Assembly (NCBI GenBank): GCA_034780895.1
Contig: JAUZTB010000073.1
Span: 18,120,756-18,184,755, forward strand
DNA: 64,000 bases
Reading direction: 5' to 3'
Source: Rhynchobatus australiae
Lineage: Eukaryota
Both the position numbers and the translations under genes were made by a program. The notes under the pieces were generated by a model. The model had not been told where the DNA came from and did not search any database. It was given only the letters and a program-made list of their open reading frames with translations. This document shows positions 50,600 through 62,390 of this stretch, piece after piece. Positions within the stretch are counted from its first letter, which is position 1. Every line of letters begins with the position of its first letter.

Positions 50600-50930
50600 T
50601 GAAATCTTAAACTCTGTCACCTCAAAAGGGTGGGGTGATAAATTGGAATTTTCCAGATGGATTGATAGGTTTGTGTTAGGCAAGGATATTAGGTCTCTAG
50701 NNNNNNNNNNNNNNNNNNNNNNNNNNNNNNNNNNNNNNNNNNNNNNNNNNNNNNNNNNNNNNNNNNNNNNNNNNNNNNNNNNNNNNNNNNNNNNNNNNNN
50801 GGCAAGGATATTAGGTCTCTAGGACCAAGGCTTAGATTAATGGCTTCAAAGAACAGATCAGCCATGATTTTATTGAATGGTAGAAGAGGCTTGAAGGGCT
50901 GAATGGCCTCCTCCTGTTCCTGTGATCCTT
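50600..50930 (+). mobile_element. CR1 3' tail, split by a gap
   Basis: agatcagccatgattttattgaatggtagaagaggcttgaagggctgaatggcctcctcctgttcct. Confidence 0.8.
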
Positions 50931-52644
50931 GTTAATTGATTAATCTATGGTGGTGTTTATGCTTCACATGAGTGTCCTCCCAGTTCCAATTAACTGTATC
51001 CTCCCATTCCAATCTCTCTGGTGTAAACTAGCCTCCCCTTAAATGCAGTCAGACACTTTCCCACCTTGAAAGCCTGGGGCTGATCGGCAAACCCCGGATT
51101 TAATTCAGACCAGCATGATCCCACTTGGAAACAATCAATTGTACTAACAGGGCTTTTTGTCCAGACTGGATCCCTGATGGATACAGGAGCTCCAAGGGTC
51201 TGTAAACGGAGTCTGTTTTGATGGCTGCTTTTAGAGTGTCAGATTCTTATTTGGTCTAGCAGACTGGAAAGCTTGTCACATTGTAAAAACATCAAATATT
51301 TGCACTAATCACTGCCTCCCCACCCCCTACCCTCTTCTTTCTTTCAGCAAGTCCAGAGATCTTTGGCAGACAAAACAATGGGAAGGAGATGAGAAGCCCT
51401 GCCGAGGTGCCCCAGCAGGCTATGGCTGAGCCTGATTTAATTACTCTCCAACACTAACCCAAATGCCTACAGTCCCCATGCCAATTAGGCAGTGAAAGAT
51501 AAACCTGTCGATAAAGGTGAGAAATTCTACATCTGTCTTTTCGCACTTTTCAAAGAGTGTTCTTAATGACAAGCAATTAAATATCAGGCATTCTCCTGAA
51601 TCACTCCTGATACTGCGGGGCTGTTGTGAGATTTTTGGTGCTTGCTAATTAGTTTTCACACCAAAAGTGTTTCCCTTCACAAAAGTTGCTTAATTTTTGT
51701 GTAAACCTTGGGGCATTTCATTTGACATTTGAAAATAAATTCCTGATGCTCCACTCTCTTTCTTGAACATAAATAACATCTTGCATTAAATACCACACTT
51801 TTATTGTAATAAATCTTTGCAAGGCAATTCAGGGGAGCAATATCAAACACAATTTGACACTAATTGAGGAGGTATTGGGACAGCCTGACCAAAGACTCGC
51901 TTAAAGCAGAGGTTCAAGGAGGGATGTCCAGAGTTTAGTGTTTAAACAGTTGAAGCCATGGCTACCAATGGACTGTTTCTTGGGATTTCTTCCATTTGCT
52001 ACTGCTATCTTGCCTGTGTAACCAGTGCCTGAGGTTTGCAGGCTATTTGACTGCAGAGGTCATCATATCCTATACCTACTCTAAACAGAGCACATATTTC
52101 CAGCAGGTGATAATGTTGAAAGTAGCAGTTCTTGCTTACCTATAACTTCCCTGATCTTACAAGCTACAGATATCTAATGTGCAGTTTTGTTGCCACTTGA
52201 CAACTGTGGTCTTCTTGCCTGTTAGGTACATGCTAAAGGTCCTGGAGCACTAATTGAAGAGCAGGCAGGGATATGGCCAACATTTATCTCTTAAATGCAA
52301 AAACAAAACAGACAAGATGATGATTTGCAAGTATACCTCCATACATTTGACACTGTGCCCCAAAGCATTAAACTATTTTAGTCTTCAGGGAAATTTCTAA
52401 TGGGATGCAGTATGGGTATTCTTTTCCAGACTTAAATACTAAGATTTAATGCTGAGAATTAAACAAAGATCTTTCATGATATTCATCACTCAATAATGCA
52501 TCAAAGCATGCAGGTTTTCACCAGAGCAAAGTATCATGAGAAGTATGTCCTGAGATCGGATAGTAGTATGGTGTTTTCTCATTCTTATTGGGCTTTATTT
52601 TCCTGTAATGCCCTTACAGGAGAATCTATGACTAATTTTTGGTT

Positions 52645-53122
52645 TGTATGCTCCAATGGATAGTACTCTCACCTCTGAGTAAAAAGGTTGTGGGTTCTCA
52701 TCTTATTCTGGATTCTTCAGCATGCAAACTAGGCTGACACTCCCAGTACAGAGCTGAGGGATTGCTGTGGCATCTTTCAGCTGAAACTTTAAAACCTTGG
52801 TGCACAACATCCACTTGGGGCATAGGTCCCCATTAGTATTTGAGGTCATCAGGCGGTACCAGTGTTCTCTTAGCTGGCATTGATTTGAAAAAAAAAGCAG
52901 GAGGTCTATCCTTGGGTCCTGGGTAATGTTTATCTCTCAATCAACACTTAAAGGAAATTATCTGGTCATTATCACAATGTTGTCTTTGGACCTTGAAGTG
53001 TGCAAATAGCCTGCTTATCTTTCCTACTTTACAACACTGCAGAAGTTCTTTAGTGATTGTGAAGGATTTTGGGACATCCTGACGTTGTGTAGACACTATA
53101 GAAATAGAATTTTCCTTCTTTC
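52645..53122 (+). mobile_element. Full-length SacSINE1-like DeuSINE
   Basis: gctccaatggatagtactctcacctctgagtaaaaaggttgtgggttc head; ggctgacactcccagtacag; tail gggacatcctgacgttgtgtagacactatagaaatag. Confidence 0.85.
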
Positions 53123-53699
53123 ATAAGCACTTTGATGGACTCACAATAGTTAAAAATAATGAAACTTTTTCAGTAATTGTTTTTATTCCATGTATAATAT
53201 TTTGATCATTGAAGTGTTTTAAATATTTACAAGCACGAACCTTGAGCTAGCTGTACCAGTTAACATAGTTGTTTCACTTAAATTTTTATAAAAACTCAGG
53301 TTGTCAGCATTTTACCCATGGCCGAAGATGAGCACCATTGTAATCAGTGTCTGTGGGTGCCAAGTGCAATGCAGGAGGAATTTTGGAGCCATTGTGGCAT
53401 CTCTCCTTTTGTTCTCTCAATGTAATCCTGTGCAGAAGCTATCCCTTCATCCTTAGTTGCAACATGGCTCATTGTCCATAGACTGAACAGAGGAAAGGGA
53501 AAGAACTTTAGAAGGATCTGTCTTTCTGGAAGACCTCATGTCACATCATCAAGCTCCGCCTCAAGGTGCTTCATACAAATCACTTTTGATGTGTCATGTA
53601 AGTTCTGAAGCCAAGTTTCTGTTGTTATGGAGGTCAATAGAGCTGACCATTTGCTCACAACTGGATCTCAGAAGCAAGAAATTGATTCAAATCTTTTTA

Positions 53700-53965
53700 G
53701 CCCTCTGAGAACTATGACTTCCTTCACATCTGGCCTCATATTCATCTATCCTCTTCTTCACCCCTACCATTGATGCCAGGTAATTCAGTTAGCTAAGCCC
53801 AAAGCCCTCCCAATATTTTCCAATTCTCTATCTCACTCTCTTTCTCATCCTAAACCTTTCTCTTTGACCAAACTTTGGTAGCTCAGTGTCAAATTTTCTT
53901 TGATAGTCATTGAAACACCTTGCAACATTTTACAATGTTAAGGGTAATTTATAAACCTAAATTGT
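53700..53965 (+). mobile_element. L2-clade LINE 3' tail
   Basis: ctctttgaccaaactttgg..gctcagtgtcaaatttt..ttttacaatgttaagggtaatttataaa. Confidence 0.65.
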
Positions 53966-54184
53966 ATTAAATTTATTGTGACATTAGTCCCCTCTTCAAA
54001 AATTTTAGTAGATCAATAACATCTGCTTGGAACAGGTTCTCAGTTTAAGTTTGTTATCTGTAGAATTACACCTCACAGCAGTAGTTCCCCAGTGCTAGAG
54101 TAGTTCCCCAGTAAAGTACTAGAGTGTCAATACAGATTATAACATCCTGGTATTGGTCTTGAACCCATAACTTTCTGATTCAGA

Positions 54185-54570
54185 GAAAGAAGGAACTTGG
54201 ATTTCTATAGCAACCTTCACAATTTCAGTACAACCCTGAAAGAAATACAGTCACAGATAAGATGTAGGAAATGTAGGAAATAAGATGTAGATGATGTCAA
54301 GTTGCACCCAGCAAAGTAACAATGACAGGATAATCTGTTTAAGTGATGCTGGTTATGGGATAAATATTAATCTGGACAACCAAAAGAACTTCCTTGCTCT
54401 TATTCAAAATATATCATTGCATCTTTTACGTCCACCTGAGATGTAGACAGGGTCTCAGCTTAACTACATACTACCTCTGAAACTACAGCTTTTGATCGGT
54501 ATCATGCTGAGGGATTAGCTTAGATTTTGGACTCTCATTTTAGGATTGGGCTTGAATTCACATTCTGACT
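54185..54570 (-). mobile_element. Near full-length SacSINE1-like DeuSINE
   Basis: gaacttggatttctatagcaaccttcacaa tail; atcttttacgtccacctgag; gggcttgaattcacattctgact head. Confidence 0.8.
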
Positions 54571-55369
54571 ACAATGAATTTTGGTCATCATCCATTGCAG
54601 GATATCTACAGTGGGTTACAATGAGGAAAAAGTTTAATAAAAGCTCTCGCCTACAGATGTTATACTTGGGTTGAGACTGCCTGAGTCCCCACTGCAGAAT
54701 TAAATAATTTGAAGAGCACAGATTGCATTTGCTAATGGTGTGCCAGTCTATTAGAGGCAATGACTTAAATGGGGGACCAGAGCGTTACACTGACTCTGCA
54801 TCGCAGGGTGTATTTCATTACTTGCTGGCATGTAGATGTTAATGATCACCCCATGCTGGGGTTTACTAGTTTGCAAGGAAGCTTGTTCCGCACTCTGAAT
54901 GAGCTTTAATAAACCACCATTTCTCGCTCCTTCCCAAATCCCTGTGCCCCCGGCACTGCAACTAGGGAAAGAGAATAGGAGCCAGATCCGGGAGAGTTCA
55001 GCGAACATGCAGGTATTTATAAGTAATGAGATTTTCAGACAATTGAGAGTGAGGCATCCTGTTTGCTTTTCTTATTTTCCTTCCTGCCTGGTTCCTGTGT
55101 CACTGCATGTCCAGCTATTGTCTGCCAGTAGTTTGTCCCCTTTGAATTCCTTTGAACTGACAGACCTGCAAAACTCCATTGTAGGTTGACCTCCTTCCAT
55201 TAACCTCCCAAGTCTGCCAGTTTATTTGCAAATGACTTTGCTCAGTTCACTTTATTAGAGCCTGGCTACCCAAACCAAGCCTGAGACCCACGAGGTGTCC
55301 AGTTGGGTTGGCTTTGGGAAAGGTTGCAGTTCCTCAGGCTCTGGTTGGATCAGGCCGAGTCATAAGGTT

Positions 55370-58060
55370 TTAGATACAAATCATTGTCTTAGGTAGTTCC
55401 TTTGGAACAGGGATGACTTGCATGAACTCCAGTTCTGTGAGTTCTGAATTGGGATCCATAACTATACCACAGATTAGGGCAATGGGAAGTATGGACAGTG
55501 GAGTGCTCCTTTTGCCATTTTCATTGGGCTTCCATGTCCTCCTGATCAAGAGACTCGAAGTTCTCGGTGCCCCATTTGGGGTCAACATGGCTCAGGATAA
55601 CCAAAGTCTTTAAGAACGTGACATTTTTTCAAACCTTTGAGAAAACCCTTCATTTGTTTCCTCTGTCATCAAGCTAACCTCTTTGAAGACAGAGCTTGGA
55701 ATAGAGTGCTTCTTTTGGGAGTCTCCTGACATTAGAGGCAGTTGAGAGTAATTGAGCTCTCACTGCTGGGGATATTGGCCTGGCAGAGGATGCTGATCAC
55801 CTATTCTGCCAGTAGATCTGAAAGAATTTTATGGAGACAGTTTTGGTGGTACCTCTCCAGCACTTTAAAGTGGCAACTGTAAGTAGTACATAGAGTCATA
55901 CAGCACAGAAACAGGACCCTCAGCTCAAATGGTCCATGCCGACCAAGATTCCCATCCAAGCTAGTCCCATATGATGGCATTTGGTCCATATCCCTCTATA
56001 CCTTTTCTGTCCATGTACCTGTCCAAGTTCCTTTTAATTGTCATTAATGTACCTGCCTCAACCACTTCCCATGGTAGCTCTTTCAATATAGTGACCACTC
56101 TCTGGGTGAAAAAGTTCCCTCTCAGGTTCCTATTAAATCTCTCCCCTCTCACCTTAAACCTAGTTCCTGATTCCCCAACCCTGGGAAAAAGACTGTGTGC
56201 ATTCACCCTATCTATGTCCCTCATAATTTTATACATCTCTGTAACATCACCCCTCATTCCTCCTACGCTCATATCTCTGAAGTGTACAGGAGGCAGGGAT
56301 CACTAATGCATAGTGGAACTAGTAGAACAAAGCTATTGAATGCTCTTCCTCAGTGGGCCCAAGAATGAGCTGACATACTAAAGGGGATGGTGAATTTCAT
56401 ATCAATGTCTGCTTTAACTGAGAGGTAGCACATGAAAACTCATCCACCTTTTTCAGGGCTATTGTCAGGAGTGGTGGGGTCAGCAAGGTGCAAGGGGACA
56501 GGTTGGTAGAGGACCTTTGTTTTGCATATGTCTGGTACAAGGCTCATTCTTTGATATGCTTCAGTGGATGAGTCGACAATGACTTGGAGCTCAGTTTCTG
56601 AATGTGCGTTTATGCAAGTGTCATCTGCATGCTACAGTTCAGTGATTGAGGTTGGAGTGACCTTACAAGTGCTGTAGGATGAATAATTGCTTATTCATCC
56701 TGTAGATTAGTATTACTCCATCAGGAAGCTTGTTGGAAGTAAGGTGCAATATTGCAGTGAGAAACACTGAGAAAAGTGTTGGAGTGCTGATGCAAGTGTT
56801 GGTTGCCATGTAGCAGACACTAGATAGATACAAACTTCAGAGGGCAGCTGAATTTGAGAAAGATTCTCCACAATCCCTCTCAATTGACAGTAGTTGATGC
56901 TACTCCATGCATATTTCATGCATTTGTGGTGTGGTGAAAGTTATGCCCAACATTGCCTCTGTTGAACACAATCCACACTGCACTATGGGAGGCAGCTTTT
57001 TGGCCACTGGAAGGAGGTGGTTGAGAAGGACTCTTGTAATGTCTTCCCAACTGGCAGGCAACAGGAAAACCCCTTTGTAGTTATCACATTAGGGTCTTTC
57101 TCCTTTCTTGAAGGTGGTCACGATTATAGTGCTTCCAAGTTTGCCTGGCTTGTCTCCTCTTCCAGGATGAGGTCATGAATTTGCACCTGAAGTTTCTCTT
57201 TATGAAGTTTTAGAACTTTACCAAGAATCTGCTCCTGAGGCCTTATTTTTGTTGTCTTTACAGATTCTCCTTTTCCCTTGAACTCTGGTAGAGCTTCCAA
57301 TCCAAGAATTAGCTTCATGATCTCCTGCTCAGTCTCATCAAACTGGTCCTGGTGTTTTCTGATAGATAAACCAGTAATCTCTTCAGAACTAATAATTATG
57401 GGGGACTTCAAGACAGTGCAGGTACTTTGGACGTTCTGCTGTTCCTGTTGGAAGGGAGTGATTGAATTGTGTGTGAGTTTTTGTCTGAGAAAAGCTCTCT
57501 TTATTGAAGTCAATAACATTGGATTTTCTTGTGGCAATATCTTTGTTGCTGCTTTTGCATTGGGGCTAGGCTGATGGAAATAGAGTGGATTAAGGAGTAG
57601 CCAGTCCAGCAGTCAGTGGTACCTATCCTGATGTGGGTGACGCAAACATCCTCACAGTCTCTGATCTGGACAAATCTATCAGCCCAATGCCTGGATTAGG
57701 AAGTGCTGCTGAAGGATTTTATACTTGTCTCTTTAATGAAACAGGTGCTGGCTGTGACAAGAATGTGTGCCATTATCCCATTAGGAGGACTCTATTGGAG
57801 GTAACTTTGCCCTCTCCTTTTCTCATCACATTTTTCCAAAAGTCTGTGTCCTTTCTGACTTTGACATTGAAGTTGGCCAAGACGATCAGTTTGTGGGGTG
57901 CAAGCCAAGGTTTTCTCAAGATCAGAGTAGAAATCCTCATCTGTAGTTTCCAGGATTAGGATGTAGAAGCTGATTATGGTGTGCTGAATGCATGATGGAA
58001 AAAATTATAGGTCTTCACACTCGGGTGTGGTTCAGGTTGGACTGGTCATTTGAGTTTGGN
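55370..58060 (-). mobile_element. Decayed RTE-clade LINE, interrupted by a CR1 at 55889-56269
   Basis: RKHQDQFDE.EQEI; IVTTFKKGE..CDNYKGVFLL; LLYTSE..TTYSCHFKVLERYHQNCLHKIL. Confidence 0.85.
55889..56269 (-). mobile_element. CR1/HER1 3' fragment nested in the RTE
   Basis: MRGDVTEMYKIMRDIDRVNAHSLFPRVGES..RNLRGNFFTQRVV; tail catagagtcatacagcacag. Confidence 0.95.
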
Positions 58061-58164
58061 NNNNNNNNNNNNGTAACCAAACTGACCACTATGCTCTACC
58101 TTTCAGCACATTTGATTCATTTTATCCTCAAGCTCCTGACACTTGCAGGGACAAAAACAAAATA

Positions 58165-58455
58165 AAATTATGCTTTTCATGACCTTCGTGCATCCCAAAA
58201 TACTTCACAGCTGAGGCATATGATCACGGTAGAAATGTATACACAGCAAGCGCCTACAAATTGCAGAGTGATAATCATCAGATAAGCTGTTGAAGTAATT
58301 TTGGGTGAAGGGACAAATATTTGTCAGGCCACTGGAAAAAATACCTGGCTGTTCCCTGTAATGGTGCCACAAGGCTTTTTATATCCACTTGAGAGCAGAT
58401 TGGGCCTTTGATTTAACTCCTTATCTAAAAGATGACTCCTCTGGCAGCCCAGTGC
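58165..58455 (-). mobile_element. SacSINE1-like fragment
   Basis: gcttttcatgacctt..catcccaaaatacttcacagc...atatccacttgagagcagattgggcctttgatttaac. Confidence 0.7.
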
Positions 58456-61400
58456 CCATTGAAAGTATTTAATTCTGATTGGATGTCAAACTAGAGGTTT
58501 CATTGCATGCCCCTCACTGCCAACTGCACTGCCCCACCTTCTTCCGATTGGTTGCATGGGATCTTGCCACCCAAATCTATCATCCATCCAGAATGCCACA
58601 ATCAGTTCATGATATCCCCTAGTCAATCTCTCAGCCATACAGCACCCCTCTCCCCCAAACCCTCATCAACCTACAGTATTTTTAAAACTAGTAAAATAAT
58701 TGTTCAAAGAGAATAAAATTCATAAATTTTGTTTAAAAACACCATCGCAGCCCCCTCGGTATTTCNNNNNNNNNNNNNNNNNNNNNNNNNNNNNNNNNNN
58801 NNNNNNNNNNNNNNNNNNNNNNNNNNNNNNNNNNNNNNNNNNNNNNNNNNNNNNNNNNNNNNNNNNNNNNNNNNNNNNNNNNNNNNNNNNNNNNNNNNNN
58901 NNNNNNNNNNNNNNNNNNNNNNNNNNNNNNNNNNNNNNNNNNNNNNNNNNNNNNNNNNNNNNNNNNNNNNNNNNNNNNNNNNNNNNNNNNNNNNNNNNNN
59001 NNNNNNNNNNNNNNNNNNNNNNNNNNNNNNNNNNNNNNNNNNNNNNNNNNNNNNNNNNNNNNNNNNNNNNNNNNNNNNNNNNNNNNNNNNNNNNNNNNNN
59101 NNNNNNNNNNNNNNNNNNNNNNNNNNNNNNNNNNNNNNNNNNNNNNNNNNNNNNNNNNNNNNNNNNNNNNNNNNNNNNNNNNNNNNNNNNNNNNNNNNNN
59201 NNNNNNNNNNNNNNNNNNNNNNNNNNNNNNNNNNNNNNNNNNNNNNNNNNNNNNNNNNNNNNNNNNNNNNNNNNNNNNNNNNNNNNNNNNNNNNNNNNNN
59301 NNNNNNNNNNNNNNNNNNAGTAATGATGATATAGTGCCAACCTGAACCTGCATTGTAAGTACAGTTTATGCATAAAACATAACAAGCCCATAGCTGAAGC
59401 AGCTACCCCAGCAGCCACCCCTCCAGTAAATTCCAGGGCTGGATGCATGGAATAGTTTGTTCTCTGGATGCTACTTTTCTTTATCACAGGCTTTCTCATT
59501 TTCAGTGCACTCATGTATTCCTCTGAATCTTACTCTCTTGAGCCTCCTCTGTTCAAAATGCATCAGTTGTTATGGAAACAAGGCAGATAGATAGACGTGA
59601 AATATAGATCAGTGGTGGAACAGGCTAAAAGTGTTGAATGGTCTCCTATAGTATCCTATGTTTTTATTCCTCCCTGCATCTTCACTGTGCCCCAGGCCGC
59701 AAACTATTAACACCCACTCATTCCTCTGTCAGAAAATTATAGGGCCAAGTAGCTTCCCAGAGAGTTGTTCACATAATCTAGTCTGATACTCCTGGTACAA
59801 TGCTGTGGCAGTGCCAGTTTTTCCATGAGTTCTTAAACCAAGGATCCATCGCTCTAGCTGAATATAAATGTTCTGAAGAAAAGTCAGGGAGTTATGACAA
59901 TTATTAGCCCTCAACAGTCAACCTATCATCATTCCTTTGATATTTGTGAAACCTTGCTGTGCTTAAATTAGCAGACACCATTTTTCACAACAGTGACTAC
60001 ACTTCAAAAAATTTCTGGGAAGCATTCTGAGTCCATGAAAGGCTTACAAGTGTTCCTGCTTCTTGATGCACAACGTGAAATGCCGTGTGACAGTTTGCTA
60101 CATTAAAGATGCTACATAAATGCAAGTAGTCTATTACTATGTCAGGGTCTCCAAGCTGCATCATCGCAGCTCGGTCCTGGAATTTAACAAGGTGAGCCTA
60201 TAAGTGAAGCTCGGTGAGCACTATTTCATTGAGCATTAAATTCTCTGAGAATCTAATCCATTTAAATCACAACAGGAAACACGGTTTGCTGAGCATAATT
60301 ACTAGATTGGGTTTCTAGCAAATGGATCCTACCTCAAGACTTTTAAAAGCCTGCGTTTAAACCTTTCACCAAATTGCAGTGAATGGAGTCTCTGGAAGAG
60401 CCGGTTACAGTTACATATTACAGCTCGTGTGAGAACAATCACTGACATCAGATCCTTTGCCGAGTTCCGATTTCAGAAAGTGAACAACAAAGAGACCCTC
60501 CTGAATTCTAAATAAAAACATGCCAGAGCATCTGTGTGGCTTTAATTGGAATCCTTTCCGCTTCCCGATTTATCCACTGTAGCTTCAGAATCTGGATTAT
60601 TTTCTTCCCTGTCTGTTTGTATCCTCTCCCGAAGGTGTTGATCCTTGCTGGGTTTCTGCTAGCACCAACAACTCTGCTACCTCAATATCAGTGTTTATCA
60701 GCGAGCCTGGATATTGAGTGTCAAGGGGTGGTTGCCTGAGGATGGCCCAATAACCCATTGCTTCAGTAATTGCAGCAGCAACTCCTTATCCCTCAAGGTC
60801 CACCACCTAGAAGGACAACGGTAGTCAGTATGTGAAAACAGAATCTGTTCCAAGTTTCTCAAATCATCCCAACTTGGAAATTTGGAAATAGCAGAAGCAG
60901 CTCCATTAATCCCAACCCCACTTCACCTCCCCTAATTCGTTCTTGGACAGAATGCATTGGCTTGATCTCCAGTGATGAAGCTTTTCTCTAGCCTTAACTT
61001 ATTCTTTATCTCGTAATTCCCTTTGCATGGTTAAGGTCAAATTTTGTTCGCTAATGTTCATGTGAGGTGTCTGGTGATGTTTTTACTATTTTAAGGTTTT
61101 TGATTAATAATTGCAAGTAGTTGTTGATTGTGGCACAAAAATGAATGACTAGATTCAGAATCAACCAGTAATAATGGGTATTAGGTGGCAGTGCAGGATA
61201 TGAGATGTATCAAATTAAATGAGTACAGTGCTAAGGTGCTCTCTTCTATTCAGATTTTAATCTCCATAAGCCGTCCTAAATGCTGATATATGAATAAAAC
61301 TGCGTGACCTAGTCAGCTATTTGTAATCAGCCTTTGCCTGCCTCATATAGAACAATACGGTTTTATAAATTCTCCCTCCTCTTCCTCATGCTGGCTGCTG

Positions 61401-62029
61401 TGCCAAGATATCATGTTCCAAGTGAAAGTAACAAAGCCGCCTTCTTGTGGGCACTGCTCTCCATCTGACTGGTAGGCGAGCCTCCCCAGCTTGCTCACTG
61501 CCCGGGCGAGGAGCCAGCTTCAGAATAGCTTGATTTCAGCCAGAGCTGCATTCACACAGTAGAAAGTAGTTGACAAACAGACTCCACAAATACTGTACAA
61601 ACAGCCATAGACAATGCTTAAAAGAACTTTATCGATCCTTCTCCGTTCACTGCTGAACATTTCCAGCTAATGTGATTCACCATCATCAGAGTCAATAAGG
61701 TTCAAAACAAAACACAGACAAAACAATAGAATAAAAGATTGAAGGTGTGATTAAATTTTATTAGGCTCTGGTCAGAGCACGCCTTGTATATTGTACCCAG
61801 TTCTGGTTGCTGGGCCACAAGGCACCTACTGTATACAAGTGTCGTAGACACTGAGGAATAATGTTAGACCTTAGTGTGTGGGATTTGATCTGCTCATGGA
61901 AACCATCAGAGACCATAATCATCCATAGACTTAACTGGCATTATTCTGGTTGGCTGTTACAACATCCTAATTGTTTTACTTTCATTGGTTCCCCATTTTG
62001 TTTTATTGAAGAGTTAGATTTCTCTAACA

Positions 62030-62390
62030 CCCATGATCACCTCAAAGCACTTCACAGCCAATGAAGTAGGGTAAGAAGTGCAGCACCCAATTTAGGCACA
62101 GCAAGCTCCCAGAAGAAGCAGATTGATCATGGCCAGCTAATCTTGCATTTTACTTCAGTAATGATTGAGGAATAAATAATGGACTAGCCAGATTTCAGTG
62201 GAGAGCTGGCAGTTTGGGCATAGTGAGGTTGACTCTTAAAGTAGTGCCAGCAGACCCTACACTACTAACTGTTGGTCCCTCAGTTTAACTTCTAATCTGA
62301 AAGATGAAACCACCATGAGATCAGACGTTTGACTATGAAGTGACCACAGCCTTCTGACGTAGAAGAAAGTGTGTTAAACGCTGAGCCCTG
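62030..62390 (-). mobile_element. SacSINE1-like fragment
   Basis: ctcaaagcacttcacagccaatgaagta...gcacagcaagctccca...cctcagtttaacttctaatctgaaagatg. Confidence 0.7.

Noticed and set aside
58700-59514. Long ORFs of 130-264 aa (also at 2.8-3.4, 9.1-9.7, 25.8-26.5 and 43.0-43.4 kb)
   Set aside because: They are open only because they run through N gaps.
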